Part shown: piece by piece, positions 40,307 through 50,110 of the stretch
Layout: each line of letters starts with the position of its first letter
Numbering within the stretch: position 1 is the first letter of the stretch
Source of the DNA: an uncultured delta proteobacterium
Lineage (GTDB): Bacteria > Desulfobacterota > Binatia > DP-6
Length of the DNA: 64,000 bases
Assembly: GCA_963815115.1 (NCBI GenBank)
Contig: CAWFFN010000012.1
Coordinates: forward strand, 64,001-128,000
Direction: 5' to 3'
The notes under the pieces: generated by a model
Seen by the model: the letters and a program-made list of their open reading frames with translations, nothing else
Databases searched by the model: none
Told to the model about the DNA's origin: nothing
Translations under genes and position numbers: made by a program

Positions 40307-41716
40307 TCAGAACAGACCCTTGAAGAAATGCTTGATCCGATTGAACAGGTTCTTCGCCGGACCACTGACGTCACCCTGGAAGTTCTTGGCGCCGCGCGAC
40401 ACGCGATCGGCGATTCCGTTGAAGAACCCCTGCGGATCCACGTCGTCCGACGCGATCACCCCGAACGGCACCTCGCCGCCCGGCCGGAATGGGTTGTTGA
40501 CCAGTGAATCGCGGCGCGCCACCCGCGCGAGGTCGACCGGTGGGATCGCGTCCCCGAATCGCTGGTTGATCGCGGCGATGAAGGCGTTGGCGATCAGCGC
40601 ATCGCCCGTGCTGGTGGGGTGGATGCCGTCGAGGCTGAAGACGCCGCCGAGGTAGCCCGTGGCCACGTCTGCGACGCCGTTCCCGTCGACGTCGGCGCCC
40701 TGCTGGCGAAGCTGATCGAACAGCGCGAAGGTGTCGACGGAGGCAATCTCGACGCCACGCCGCTGCTCGGTGTCGGCGATGGCCGTCGAGATCTCGGCGT
40801 TGTAGGCCATGATCTTCGCGCGCACGAGATCACGCTCGGTCGGGCCGAGCACCGCGGTGCAGGGGGGAACGGGCAGCTCGGAACGCGGCAGGTTGATCGA
40901 GAGGAGGTCGTCGGCTGCGACGGCCCGCAGGGTGCCGTCGGCCTGGCGGCAGCTCGTCACCTCGCCAGCGGCACGACGCAGGGCCGCGATGCCGGTCACG
41001 TCCGGGAGGTTGGCCACTGCCATGCCGGCGTTGGTGTCTGCGAGCGCGTTCAGGAGGCGCGAGAAGCGCTGTCCGAAGTCCGACGGGTCGAGCGTCACGG
41101 CGTCGGGGCTCGCCTCGGTGGCCATGTCGAGGACGTCGTTGTTGCCGAGCCATACCATCAGGAACGTCGGCCGCAGGTCGTCGCGCGCCCGCGTCACCTG
41201 CGAGACCGCGTCCGAGGTCGGCGGCAGGCCCAGGACCAGGAACTTGAGCACGTCCCGGCCGTCGACGTTGTCGCCGTTGAAGAGCTGGCGGGCAATCACG
41301 CGCGAGCTGATCCCGTCGAACACGCTCTGCGTGTCCTCGCCCGGAACTGCCAGGTTCCGGACCCGGCGAATCGGACGCGCGCGCGTGCCGATCGAATCGG
41401 TGGTGCGGCGCACGTCGCCGGGATCGAGCTGTCCGTTGCCGTTGGCGTCGCTGATGACGAGCTGGGACGGCACGCCCGGCGAGGTCATGAACGGCTGAGG
41501 CAACGAGACCCCCGCGCGTCGCGCGACGAATGCCGGTGCGCTGTCGACCTGACCGGCATGACCGCTGGACACGAAACCGCCGGAGCTGAAGCCGGCGAGC
41601 AGGCTGTCGCCGACGACGACCAGCCGCCGCATGCGGGGATCGCCCGCGTACACCGACGTCGCGCCGATCGCGACGAGGCAGCCCAGTATCAGCCAATTGG
41701 TGCTCTTCTTCGTCAT
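40307..41716 (-). CDS. Secreted SGNH/GDSL lipase/esterase
   Basis: VGDSL, NLAVPG, WLGNND, DGIHP; signal peptide. Confidence 0.88.
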   Translation of the reverse strand: MTKKSTNWLILGCLVAIGATSVYAGDPRMRRLVVVGDSLLAGFSSGGFVSSGHAGQVDSAPAFVARRAGVSLPQPFMTSPGVPSQLVISDANGNGQLDPGDVRRTTDSIGTRARPIRRVRNLAVPGEDTQSVFDGISSRVIARQLFNGDNVDGRDVLKFLVLGLPPTSDAVSQVTRARDDLRPTFLMVWLGNNDVLDMATEASPDAVTLDPSDFGQRFSRLLNALADTNAGMAVANLPDVTGIAALRRAAGEVTSCRQADGTLRAVAADDLLSINLPRSELPVPPCTAVLGPTERDLVRAKIMAYNAEISTAIADTEQRRGVEIASVDTFALFDQLRQQGADVDGNGVADVATGYLGGVFSLDGIHPTSTGDALIANAFIAAINQRFGDAIPPVDLARVARRDSLVNNPFRPGGEVPFGVIASDDVDPQGFFNGIADRVSRGAKNFQGDVSGPAKNLFNRIKHFFKGLF

Positions 41717-41762
41717 TACGAACCTCCCTGCGCGACGGCGTCGCGTACCGTGCTGGACACGG

Positions 41763-41778
41763 TGCAAGAGCCGGGCCG
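41763..41778 (-). promoter_or_regulatory. sigma54-like promoter of the GDSL gene
   Basis: Minus-strand CGGCCCG-GCTC-TTGCA, about 47 bp above the ATG. Confidence 0.45.
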
Positions 41779-42124
41779 CCGCGCCTGACCCGGTGCGACA
41801 TCGTGTGCCCGGGCGCAGGTCGCGCGGCGTGCGCGGGTCGTTTTGAAGAATTTTCCAGCGCCCGACGCCGCTCGCCGATACAGGCTTGCTAGCCGTCTTT
41901 CCAAGCCAGGCCGGTGATGCGCCGCCGCTTCCCGTGACGCCGCTCGTTTCTCCGCGTCTCTCCACGCGTCAACGGATAAAGCGCAGCAAGACCCGTGCCG
42001 CCGAGGAGAACTGCGCGCGACCCTGCCACCGAGCGCAGATGCGCCACCGCTCGGGCCCGCATCGTGCCCCACGCGCGTCGTGGAATCTCGAACAGGGTAC
42101 TTTCTACAAGTCGGCGCCGGGCCG

Positions 42125-43828
42125 CTATGTCGTCACGCCGTGACGCAGCAGCGTTCCGGAGTGCGTGCCGGTCTCGCGGTCCTCGGTGATGGTCACCCGG
42201 CCGTTCACCAGGACGAAGCGGTAGCCGCGCGCCCGCTGCACCCGGCGCCACTCGCCGCCGGGGAAATCGTGTGCCACCTCGGTCGGGAGTGATGCGAGGC
42301 GCTCGAGATCGTACACGACGACGTCCGCAGGCGCGCCTTCGACCAGCGTTCCCCGGTCGCGAAACCCGGCGCAGTGCGCGGGGAGCGCCGCGAGCCTCCA
42401 GTGCGCATGCTCGAGCGAGCACATCTCCTCCTCGCGCACGATCCGGCTCAGGAACTCGGTCGGGTAGCGGCCGCCGGTGAAGAACTTGGTGTGGGCGCCG
42501 CCATCGGAGACCCCGGGGAGTATCCACTCGTAGTCGATGATCTCGCGCATCGCGTCCCGGTTCAGGTTGGCCGGCTCGGCATAGAAGACCGTCCGGAGGT
42601 CGTCGGCCACCGCGATGTCGAGCATCGCATCGACCGGGTGCTTGCCGGTGCGTGCGGCCACCTCGGACACGGTCAGGTTCTCGAACGGCCGCGTCTCCCT
42701 GGTGAAGCATTCGAGGACGGTGATCTGGGGGATGGGGACCGTGACGATGCCCGATTCGTAGCCCCGCAGGCGCGCCCGGCGTGCGGGGTCCGCCAGTTTC
42801 CGCTTGCGCTCCGCCGCCGTGCCCACGGTCGCGTCGGCCCACGCCGCGTCGTCGTCGAACAGGTTCCAGTCCTCGAAGGTGAAGGTGAACGCGGCCGTGG
42901 TCGTGACTCCTTGCCCGTACACCCGGAGGCCGCGTTGCCGGCACGAGTCGAGCCACGCGATCAACGCACGGTGAGCCTCGGGATGGCGCACGAACGACTG
43001 GACGACGTTGTAGAGCAGCGGCCGCCCGCTCACCCGGGCCAGCTGCTCGAGATGCACGAAGTCGTGCCCTCCATCCATCGTCGCGAGCGCCATCTGCATG
43101 AATCCCTGGTTGCGCTCGGCGAGCACCTCGGCCAGCTCGAGCGCCGTCTCGTCCCGCATGACGTCCGTCACCATCGGCCCGCCGTCGTAGTCGCGTTGCA
43201 CGGCGCCGGGTCCGTCGGGAGGGAGACGCTGCGCCGACCAGCCGCACCCCCCCGCATCCATGGCGTCGTGCAGCAGCCGCCGCAGCTCGCGATGCTCCGC
43301 GTCGGTGGGCATCACGCCGGCCTTGGCGCGCTCGAAGCCCATCACCCAGATGAGGAGCGGCGCCACCGGCACGTAGGGCAACACGTTGACGGCCTTCGGG
43401 CGGCGGTCGACGCTGTCGAGGAACTCGGGATACGTGATCCAGTCCCAGGGCAGGCCGCGCCGCATCGACTCGTGCGGGATCGCCTCGACCCTGGTCATGG
43501 TCAGCATCGCCCGTTCGCGCATCTCCGGGCGCATCGGCGCGAAGCCGAAGCCGCAGTTGCCGATCACGACCGACGTCACCCCGTGCCAGCCGGAGAGGGT
43601 CAGGTACGGGTCCCAGAACAGCTGCGCGTCGTAGTGGGTATGGAGGTCGATGAAGCCGGGCGCGACGATCATCCCGCTGGCGTCGAGCACGCGGGCGCCG
43701 TCGGAGGAGCGCAGCCGGCCGATCCGCGCGATGCGTCCGTCGCGAATGCCGACGTCGGCGCCGTAGCGCTGCGAGCGGGTCCCGTCCACGACGATGCCGT
43801 CCTTCAGCACGATGTCGAAGTCAGCCAC
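42125..43828 (-). CDS. Amidohydrolase, N-acyl-D-amino-acid deacylase family
   Basis: PGFIDLHTHYD, GNCGFG, SDGGAH, DRG.L..G..ADVVV. Confidence 0.9.
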   Translation of the reverse strand: MADFDIVLKDGIVVDGTRSQRYGADVGIRDGRIARIGRLRSSDGARVLDASGMIVAPGFIDLHTHYDAQLFWDPYLTLSGWHGVTSVVIGNCGFGFAPMRPEMRERAMLTMTRVEAIPHESMRRGLPWDWITYPEFLDSVDRRPKAVNVLPYVPVAPLLIWVMGFERAKAGVMPTDAEHRELRRLLHDAMDAGGCGWSAQRLPPDGPGAVQRDYDGGPMVTDVMRDETALELAEVLAERNQGFMQMALATMDGGHDFVHLEQLARVSGRPLLYNVVQSFVRHPEAHRALIAWLDSCRQRGLRVYGQGVTTTAAFTFTFEDWNLFDDDAAWADATVGTAAERKRKLADPARRARLRGYESGIVTVPIPQITVLECFTRETRPFENLTVSEVAARTGKHPVDAMLDIAVADDLRTVFYAEPANLNRDAMREIIDYEWILPGVSDGGAHTKFFTGGRYPTEFLSRIVREEEMCSLEHAHWRLAALPAHCAGFRDRGTLVEGAPADVVVYDLERLASLPTEVAHDFPGGEWRRVQRARGYRFVLVNGRVTITEDRETGTHSGTLLRHGVTT

Positions 43829-44005
43829 CGACGCTGGCCTAGCACTCGCGCTCGACGACACGCAACGAGCGGGCCTGAGCGGCATGCCCGGTTCGCCGGG
43901 CCACTGGGTCCAGGCCGAGGCGTCCAGCCATCGACCGAGTCCCCGGGCGTGACGGCGGCCAGAGCTCCGCTCACGGTCGTCATTTTGGCCGAAATATAGA
44001 GTTTC

Positions 44006-44032
44006 TGCCCGAATTCGGGCAAATTTGTTGCG
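44006..44032 (+). promoter_or_regulatory. Perfect 16-bp palindrome overlapping a sigma54-like promoter of the glmS operon
   Basis: TGCCCGAATTCGGGCA (44006-44021) and GGGCAAA-TTTG-TTGCG (44017-44032), within an AT-rich patch. Confidence 0.5.
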
Positions 44033-44064
44033 ATCGATGCGGGATCCGGCGTAGTCCGGTACCC

Positions 44065-44337
44065 ATGGATACGGATGAGGCGATCGGCGACCTCATAGCC
44101 CACCTACGACGGATCAGCGCCCTTGCCCCACCGGAGCTCGGCCGGCTGGTCGACGAGCTGCTCGCCTACTTCTCCGAATCCATCGAGGAGTTCGTGGTGC
44201 GCCGCCACCGTGAGCTTCAGACGGAGGAGCTCAGGAACGAGGCCATCTTCGAGCGCCTGGCCGCGGAGCTACGGCAGCGGCGCTTCACCGCGCCGTCGCT
44301 CAGCCAGCGCCAGATCCGTCGGCTCATCTACGGCTGA
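44065..44337 (+). CDS. Small helical hypothetical protein with HTH-like C-terminus, upstream of glmS
   Basis: 90 aa ending RNEAIFERLAAEL...LSQRQIRRLIYG; stop lies 16 nt before glmS. Confidence 0.75.
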   Translation: MDTDEAIGDLIAHLRRISALAPPELGRLVDELLAYFSESIEEFVVRRHRELQTEELRNEAIFERLAAELRQRRFTAPSLSQRQIRRLIYG

Positions 44338-44353
44338 AAGGGAGGAGATCGTC

Positions 44354-46174
44354 ATGTGCGGTATCGTCGGCTACGTCGGGAGCGGAGAGGCCGTCCCGAT
44401 TCTCCTGGCCGGTCTCCATCGCCTCGAGTACCGGGGCTACGACTCGGCGGGCATCGCGGTGCACACCCGGAGTGGCCTGAAGGTGCACAAGGCGGCCGGG
44501 AAGATCGCGCGCCTCGAGTCGGCGCTCCCGAGGCGAACGAAGGGGACCGTCGGCATCGGACACACGCGCTGGGCGACGCACGGGGAGCCCAACGACCTCA
44601 ACGCGCATCCGCACTCCGACTGTGCCGGTACGATCGCCGTGGTTCACAACGGCATCATCGAGAACGCCAGGGAGCTGCGCGCACGCCTGGAGGCCGACGG
44701 CCACGTCTTCCGCTCGCAGACCGACAGCGAGGTCGTCGCTCACCTGATCGAGGCCGGCGGCGGCGACCTGGCGCAGGCAGTGCGTGCGGCCCTCCGCCAG
44801 ATCGAGGGGACCTACGGCCTCGCCGTTCTCGACGCCCGGCAGCCCGACCGCATCGTCGCGGCGCGCAACGGGAGCCCGGTGGTGATCGGGCTGGGCGAGC
44901 AGGAGATGTTCGTCGCCTCCGACGCCGCGGCGCTCGTGCGCTACACGCGGCAGGTCGTCTACCTCGACGACCGGGAGATGGCGGAGATCGACGCGTGCGG
45001 ACTGCGCACCGCGACCCTCGACGACCGGCCCACGAGCAAGAGCCCGGCGGAGCTTCCCTGGGGTCACGAGGCCTACGATCGCGGCGGATTCCCGCATTTC
45101 ATGCTGAAGGAGATCATGGAGCAGCCGGAGGCGTGCGAGCGCGCGCTCAAGGGACGGCTCGACCCGCAGTTCGGCACCGCCCACCTCGGTGGCCTCGACA
45201 TGACCCCGCGCGAGCTGCTGGCGGTCCGCCGCGTGAAGGTGCTGGGCTGCGGCTCGGCGTACTATGCCGGCATCGCCGGTGCCCACATGATCGAGGCGTT
45301 GACCCGCGTGCCCGCGGACGCCGAGCCGGCGTCGGAGTTCCGCTATCGCGACCCGGTCATCGAGCCCGATGTCCTGTACGTCGCCGCCAGCCAGTCGGGA
45401 GAGACCGCGGACACCCTGGCGGCCCTGCGCGAGGTGCGGCGGAAGGGCGGCCGCGTACTCGGCATCGTCAACGTCGTCGGGAGCTCGATCGCACGCGAGT
45501 GCGACGGCGGCATCTACATGCACGCCGGCCCCGAGGTCTCGGTGTGCTCGACCAAGGCGTTCAGCTGCACGCTGGTCGCCTTCGCCCTGCTCGCGCTCCA
45601 CCTCGGCCGCATCCGCGACCTGTCACCGGCGCGCGGGAAGCGCCTGGTGGCGGCGCTCCAGCGGCTCCCCGAGCAGCTCGGCGAGATCCTCGCGGCCAGC
45701 GACGGCGTGCAGGCGCTCGGCGCGCGCTTCGCGGAGCGCACCAACGCCTTCTTCATCGGCCGGGCGAACGGCTTCCCGGTCGCCCTCGAGGGCGCGCAGA
45801 AGCTCAAGGAGATCTCCTACATCCACGCCGAGGCGTATCCGGCGTCGGAGTTGAAGCACGGGCCGCTCGCGCTGATCTCGCCGGAGACGCCGACGGTGGT
45901 GATCCTGCCGCGCGACGATCTCTACGAGAAGTCGCTCTCGACCCTGGAGGAGATCAAGGCGCGGCGAGGGCCCGTGGTGGCCCTCACCCACGCCGGCGGC
46001 GACCGACTCGGGGCGAAAGCCGACGACGTCCTCGTCGTGCCGCAGACCGAGCCCGAGCTGAATCCGATCCTGATGACCGTGCCCCTCCAGCTGCTCGCGT
46101 ATCATGCGGCCGTCGCCCTCGGCCGGGACGTCGACCAGCCGCGCAACCTGGCGAAGAGCGTCACCGTCGAATGA
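44354..46174 (+). CDS. glmS: Glutamine--fructose-6-phosphate aminotransferase
   Basis: MCGIVG start, LEYRGYDSAG, GHTRWATHG, SQSGETADT, PRNLAKSVTVE end; GGAGGAG RBS. Confidence 0.98.
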   Translation: MCGIVGYVGSGEAVPILLAGLHRLEYRGYDSAGIAVHTRSGLKVHKAAGKIARLESALPRRTKGTVGIGHTRWATHGEPNDLNAHPHSDCAGTIAVVHNGIIENARELRARLEADGHVFRSQTDSEVVAHLIEAGGGDLAQAVRAALRQIEGTYGLAVLDARQPDRIVAARNGSPVVIGLGEQEMFVASDAAALVRYTRQVVYLDDREMAEIDACGLRTATLDDRPTSKSPAELPWGHEAYDRGGFPHFMLKEIMEQPEACERALKGRLDPQFGTAHLGGLDMTPRELLAVRRVKVLGCGSAYYAGIAGAHMIEALTRVPADAEPASEFRYRDPVIEPDVLYVAASQSGETADTLAALREVRRKGGRVLGIVNVVGSSIARECDGGIYMHAGPEVSVCSTKAFSCTLVAFALLALHLGRIRDLSPARGKRLVAALQRLPEQLGEILAASDGVQALGARFAERTNAFFIGRANGFPVALEGAQKLKEISYIHAEAYPASELKHGPLALISPETPTVVILPRDDLYEKSLSTLEEIKARRGPVVALTHAGGDRLGAKADDVLVVPQTEPELNPILMTVPLQLLAYHAAVALGRDVDQPRNLAKSVTVE

Positions 46175-46236
46175 ACCGTCGACTGAAGCGGGCGCCGCTT
46201 GCGGCTGCGAGCGGCGCGGGGCAATGGTGAGGTCGC

Positions 46237-47073
46237 TTGCCAGAGGCGACCACCGACGCATCCCTCAGATTCGGCCCGCTCATCGAGACCGGGGTGCGGG
46301 TCGTGACGTGGAACCTGTGGGGACGCGGCGGTCCGTGGGAGGCGAGGCTCGGACCGATCAGGAGCACGCTGGGGGCGCTCGCTCCGGATCTGGTCGCGCT
46401 CCAGGAGGTGTGGGAGGACGGCACGCGAAACCAGGCGGCGGTCATCGCTTCGGATCTCGGCTTTCACCACGTCTACGCCGGCCGCTACGCGATCGACGGG
46501 GTCGCCATCGGCAACGCCATCCTGTCGCGCTGGCCGATCACGGGCCACGAGGTTCGACCGTTGCCCGCACCCGTCGAGCTCGAGGAGCTGCGCAACGTCA
46601 TCCACGCGGAGATCGGCGGCCCGCGCGGCCCGCTCGCGATCTTCACGACGCATCTCAACTGGCGCTTCGATCAGAGCGACCTCCGCCAGGAGCAGGTGCG
46701 GACGCTGGCGCGCTTCGTATCGGAGAGCGAGCGGCACGCCATGCCGCCGATCGTTACGGGCGATTTCAACGCCGTACCCGACTCGGAGGAGATCCGGATG
46801 CTCACCGGGCGGGTCTCGGTGGCGGTGCCTGGGCTGGTGTTCCACGACGCCTGGGAGGCGGCGGGCAACGTCGAGCACGGATTCACCTGGTCGAATGCCA
46901 ACCCCTACGCCCGCCTCGATCTCGAGCCCGACCGGCGCATCGACTACGTCTTCGTCGGCTGGCCCGGGCGACGCGGCGCCGGTCATGTGCTGTCGTGCCG
47001 GATGGTCGGAGAGCCGGTGGACGGCGTGCACCCCTCCGATCATCTCGGCCTGCTGGCCGAGCTGCGCTACTGA
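46237..47073 (+). CDS. Endonuclease/exonuclease/phosphatase family protein
   Basis: TWNL, ALQEV, TTHL, GDFN, RIDYVF, SDH. Confidence 0.9.
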   Translation: MPEATTDASLRFGPLIETGVRVVTWNLWGRGGPWEARLGPIRSTLGALAPDLVALQEVWEDGTRNQAAVIASDLGFHHVYAGRYAIDGVAIGNAILSRWPITGHEVRPLPAPVELEELRNVIHAEIGGPRGPLAIFTTHLNWRFDQSDLRQEQVRTLARFVSESERHAMPPIVTGDFNAVPDSEEIRMLTGRVSVAVPGLVFHDAWEAAGNVEHGFTWSNANPYARLDLEPDRRIDYVFVGWPGRRGAGHVLSCRMVGEPVDGVHPSDHLGLLAELRY

Positions 47074-47091
47074 GCCGGGGCGAGGTGACGG

Positions 47092-47538
47092 ATGGCGGAG
47101 CGGCGCTACGTGAGGCTCTCGTGGTTCGACGAAATCTTCAACGGCATCGCGCGTGCGCTCACGGGCGTCGGCATCAGCCTGTACGGATCGCGCAACCTCG
47201 CCGTGCGCGGCCGGAAATCGGGCGAGTGGCGCGTCGTGCCGGTGAACCTCCTCGAGTGCGACGGGGTACGTTACCTCGTGGCGCCGCGCGGGGAGGCGCA
47301 CTGGGTCCGCAACCTGCGGGCCGCCCGCGGCGGTGAGCTGCGTCTCGGTCGCCGGAGTGAGCCGTTCCGTGCCGTGGAGGTCGGCGACGCGGACAAGCCG
47401 CCCATCCTGCGCGCCTACCTCGAGCGCTGGCGATTCGAGGTGGGCCGCTTCTTCGAGGGGGTGGGATCGACGCCGTCCGACGACGATCTGCGGCGCGTTG
47501 CCGGTCGCTATCCGGTGTTCCGCATCGACGCGGTCTGA
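47092..47538 (+). CDS. Deazaflavin (F420)-dependent nitroreductase-family (Ddn-like) oxidoreductase
   Basis: RGRKSG..R..P, WVRNLRA, YPVFRI. Confidence 0.8.
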   Translation: MAERRYVRLSWFDEIFNGIARALTGVGISLYGSRNLAVRGRKSGEWRVVPVNLLECDGVRYLVAPRGEAHWVRNLRAARGGELRLGRRSEPFRAVEVGDADKPPILRAYLERWRFEVGRFFEGVGSTPSDDDLRRVAGRYPVFRIDAV

Positions 47539-47551
47539 TCGCTCGCGCGGA

Positions 47552-48766
47552 TCAGAACGTCGCCTCGAAGGAGCCGAGCGGGCTCCAGCCGGCCGGCCGC
47601 ACGCCCACGTTGTTGAGGGCCTTGAAGACGCCGAGGCTCAGCACGAACGATCTCCAGACCTGCATGCGGAGTCCGAAGGTCGCGTCCAGGTAGTCGTGGC
47701 GGCTCGTGTCGATGCAGAGATAGGGCAGGTTGGCGAAGCCCGACGGCGTCACGTGCGGGCCGGAGATCGACGACTCCTCGCGCAGTCCCGCGAACTCGCT
47801 CCGCCCGAGCAGGCTCACCGCCACGGCGATTCGCGACCACCAGACGTCGTCGTCGCGCGGGACGTGCAGATCGACCGCCCAGGAGTAGTGCCCCGAGCTC
47901 CGCCGCAGGTCGCCGATGCCGGCGTCGATGCCGGCGTCGACGTAGGAGTCGAGGATACCCGCGAGCAGCGAGCTGGAGACGGCGAAGTATGGACCGATCT
48001 CGCCGTAGCCGGTGCCGAGCCCCTGGGTGGGATTCCCCGTCGGGATGCGGACGCGGAGCCCGGCCGCGCCGTCGGCGCTGCCACCCGGGCCTTTCGTCTC
48101 GAAGAGACGGTACTTGGCACGGACCATCATGTCGCTCAGGTTGGCGGCTTCGAGGATCCGCGTGGCGCGGCGCACCGGCGCGCTCGGATTGTCCTGCCGG
48201 CTGACGTCGAGGTCGCCGTCGAGCGTCATGATGGGCACCGCGATGTTCACGTCGAGATCGTCGGTCACGCCGTAGGTCAGGTTGAACGTTCCGACCGTGT
48301 AGTCGAGGTCGGTCAGCGCCTTGTAGCGGATGGCGGCGGCGCTCACGGACAGGGGGAAGCGATCGTCGCCCAGCCGGCAGCCGCTCGAGCACTCGACGTT
48401 GTAGCGGCCCCAGGTGACGCTGAAGTTGAAGATGCCTTCTCCCATCGTCTGGCCGCGCTCGGTGAAGAGGAACGGCGAGACGTCTCCCCCGACGCGCTCG
48501 AGCCGGCCACTCTCGGCGTTCCAGCGAAACGTGTAGGCCGACGATGCCGCCGGGAACAGCGGCAGGTTCCGTACCGCCTGCTCCAGCATCACGTCGACCG
48601 CGTTCTGGTAGCGCTCGCTCGCCAGACCGGGAAGCCCGACCAGGGCGGGTGCCGTCCGCAGCACGTGGCGCACGGACTGGGCCGCCGCGCTCGTTGCCAG
48701 GCCAGCCGTGGCGACGATCGCGACCAGCGTGCCGTAGAGCTTCATCCTCCAGAGCATCTCCCTCAC
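47552..48766 (-). CDS. Outer-membrane beta-barrel protein (paralog B)
   Basis: Signal peptide, amphipathic strands, TYGVTDDLDV, LSD...RAKY, RIPTG, C-terminal ...FEATF. Confidence 0.7.
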   Translation of the reverse strand: MREMLWRMKLYGTLVAIVATAGLATSAAAQSVRHVLRTAPALVGLPGLASERYQNAVDVMLEQAVRNLPLFPAASSAYTFRWNAESGRLERVGGDVSPFLFTERGQTMGEGIFNFSVTWGRYNVECSSGCRLGDDRFPLSVSAAAIRYKALTDLDYTVGTFNLTYGVTDDLDVNIAVPIMTLDGDLDVSRQDNPSAPVRRATRILEAANLSDMMVRAKYRLFETKGPGGSADGAAGLRVRIPTGNPTQGLGTGYGEIGPYFAVSSSLLAGILDSYVDAGIDAGIGDLRRSSGHYSWAVDLHVPRDDDVWWSRIAVAVSLLGRSEFAGLREESSISGPHVTPSGFANLPYLCIDTSRHDYLDATFGLRMQVWRSFVLSLGVFKALNNVGVRPAGWSPLGSFEATF

Positions 48767-48895
48767 CCTGCAGGCTCCGAATCGCCGGATCCGGGCGTCC
48801 CCATCTGACCCCAGTGAGCGCTTACACCGGCCGGTGGGGGGTCTGCCAGCCGGCCGCTCGCGACCCGATCAGGCACCGGCGAAGGGCCCCGCTAG

Positions 48896-50110
48896 CTAGA
48901 AGGTGGCCTCCACCGAGCCGACCGGGCTCCACCCCGTCGCTCGCACGCCCTGGTCGTTCAGCGATTTGAAGACACCCAGGCTGAGGATGAGCGATTCCCA
49001 CACCTGGACCCGCAGCCCGAGCGTGGTGTCGGCGTAGTCGTGGCGGTCCGGGTCGAAGCAGAGGTAGGGCCGTGACACGATCCCCGACGGCGTCACGTGG
49101 GGACCCGAGACCGACGAGGCCGCGCGCAGGTTGGTGAACTCGCTGCGGCCGAGGACGCTCCATGCCAGCGCCACGCGGGTCCACCACTCGTCGCCGCGAG
49201 GGGCATGGATGTCGAGCGCCCAGGAATAGTGTCCCGAGCTCCAGCGCGTGTTGCCGATGCCGGCGTCCACGCCCGCATCCCAGTACGAGTCGAGCCAGCC
49301 GTTCAGCACGCTCGTCTGGAAGGCAAAGTAAGGGCCGATCTCGCCGAATCCCGTGCCGAGGCCCTCGTTCGGGTTCCCGGTCGGGATGCGCACGCGGAGC
49401 CCCGCCGCGCCCATCGCATTGCCGAAGTCGCCGGTCGTTTCGAAGAACTTGTATTTGAGACGCACGAGCATGTCCGAGAGGTTCGCCGAGCTCGCGGCGA
49501 CCGTCGCGCGCCGGACGGCGGAGTGAGGCGTATCCTGGCGCGACACGTCGAGGTCCATGTCGAGGGTCACGATCGGAATCGCGATGTTCACGTCGAGGTC
49601 GTCGAGCAGCCCGTACGTGATGTTGAAGGTGCTGACGGTGTAGTCGAGGTCGGTCGGCGCCTGGTAGCGGATCTTGGAGCCGCAGCACACCGACACCGGC
49701 GCCGGATCCGTTCCCAGCTTGCAGCCGCTCGCGCATCCGACGTCGTAGCGCCCGAACGTGACGCCGACGTTGATCAGCCGCTCGCCGAGCGTCTGGGCGC
49801 GCTCGGTGAGGAAGAAGGGCGAGACCGAATCGTCCACCCGCTCGATCTCTCCCCGCTCGTCGTTCCAGCGGTAGGTGTAGGCCGAGGACGCCCCGGGGAA
49901 GAGCGGGATGTTGCGGATGGCCTGCTCGAGGATCGCGTCGGCGGCATTCTGGTAGGCGCCGTTCGCTGCCAGACCGCCGAGACCGACCAGGCTCGGCGCG
50001 GTGCGATAGATGTGGCGAATCGACTGCCTGCCGGTCGAACGAATCGACTGCGCACCGGCCGAGCCGGCGAGCGTGGCCAGGATGGCTAGCGCCGCGAGCA
50101 ATCGTGTCAT
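48896..50110 (-). CDS. Outer-membrane beta-barrel protein (paralog A)
   Basis: Starts MTRLLAALAILA at 50110, with an ATGA overlap to the DUF11 gene. Colinear with paralog B; ends VEATF. Confidence 0.7.
   Translation of the reverse strand: MTRLLAALAILATLAGSAGAQSIRSTGRQSIRHIYRTAPSLVGLGGLAANGAYQNAADAILEQAIRNIPLFPGASSAYTYRWNDERGEIERVDDSVSPFFLTERAQTLGERLINVGVTFGRYDVGCASGCKLGTDPAPVSVCCGSKIRYQAPTDLDYTVSTFNITYGLLDDLDVNIAIPIVTLDMDLDVSRQDTPHSAVRRATVAASSANLSDMLVRLKYKFFETTGDFGNAMGAAGLRVRIPTGNPNEGLGTGFGEIGPYFAFQTSVLNGWLDSYWDAGVDAGIGNTRWSSGHYSWALDIHAPRGDEWWTRVALAWSVLGRSEFTNLRAASSVSGPHVTPSGIVSRPYLCFDPDRHDYADTTLGLRVQVWESLILSLGVFKSLNDQGVRATGWSPVGSVEATF

Noticed and set aside
43839-43865. CTAGCACTC as a CIRCE element
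   Set aside because: Only a half-site; the second arm (GACACGCAA) does not match, and no heat-shock gene follows.
43830-44353. glmS ribozyme upstream of glmS
   Set aside because: No recognisable catalytic core sequence, and a protein-coding gene occupies the leader.
46192-46217. GC hairpin after glmS as an intrinsic terminator
   Set aside because: An 11-bp stem is present but there is no U-tract, and the next gene starts 20 nt later.
46237-47073. Nuclease as part of an anti-phage defence system
   Set aside because: Generic EEP-family protein with no defence-associated neighbours.
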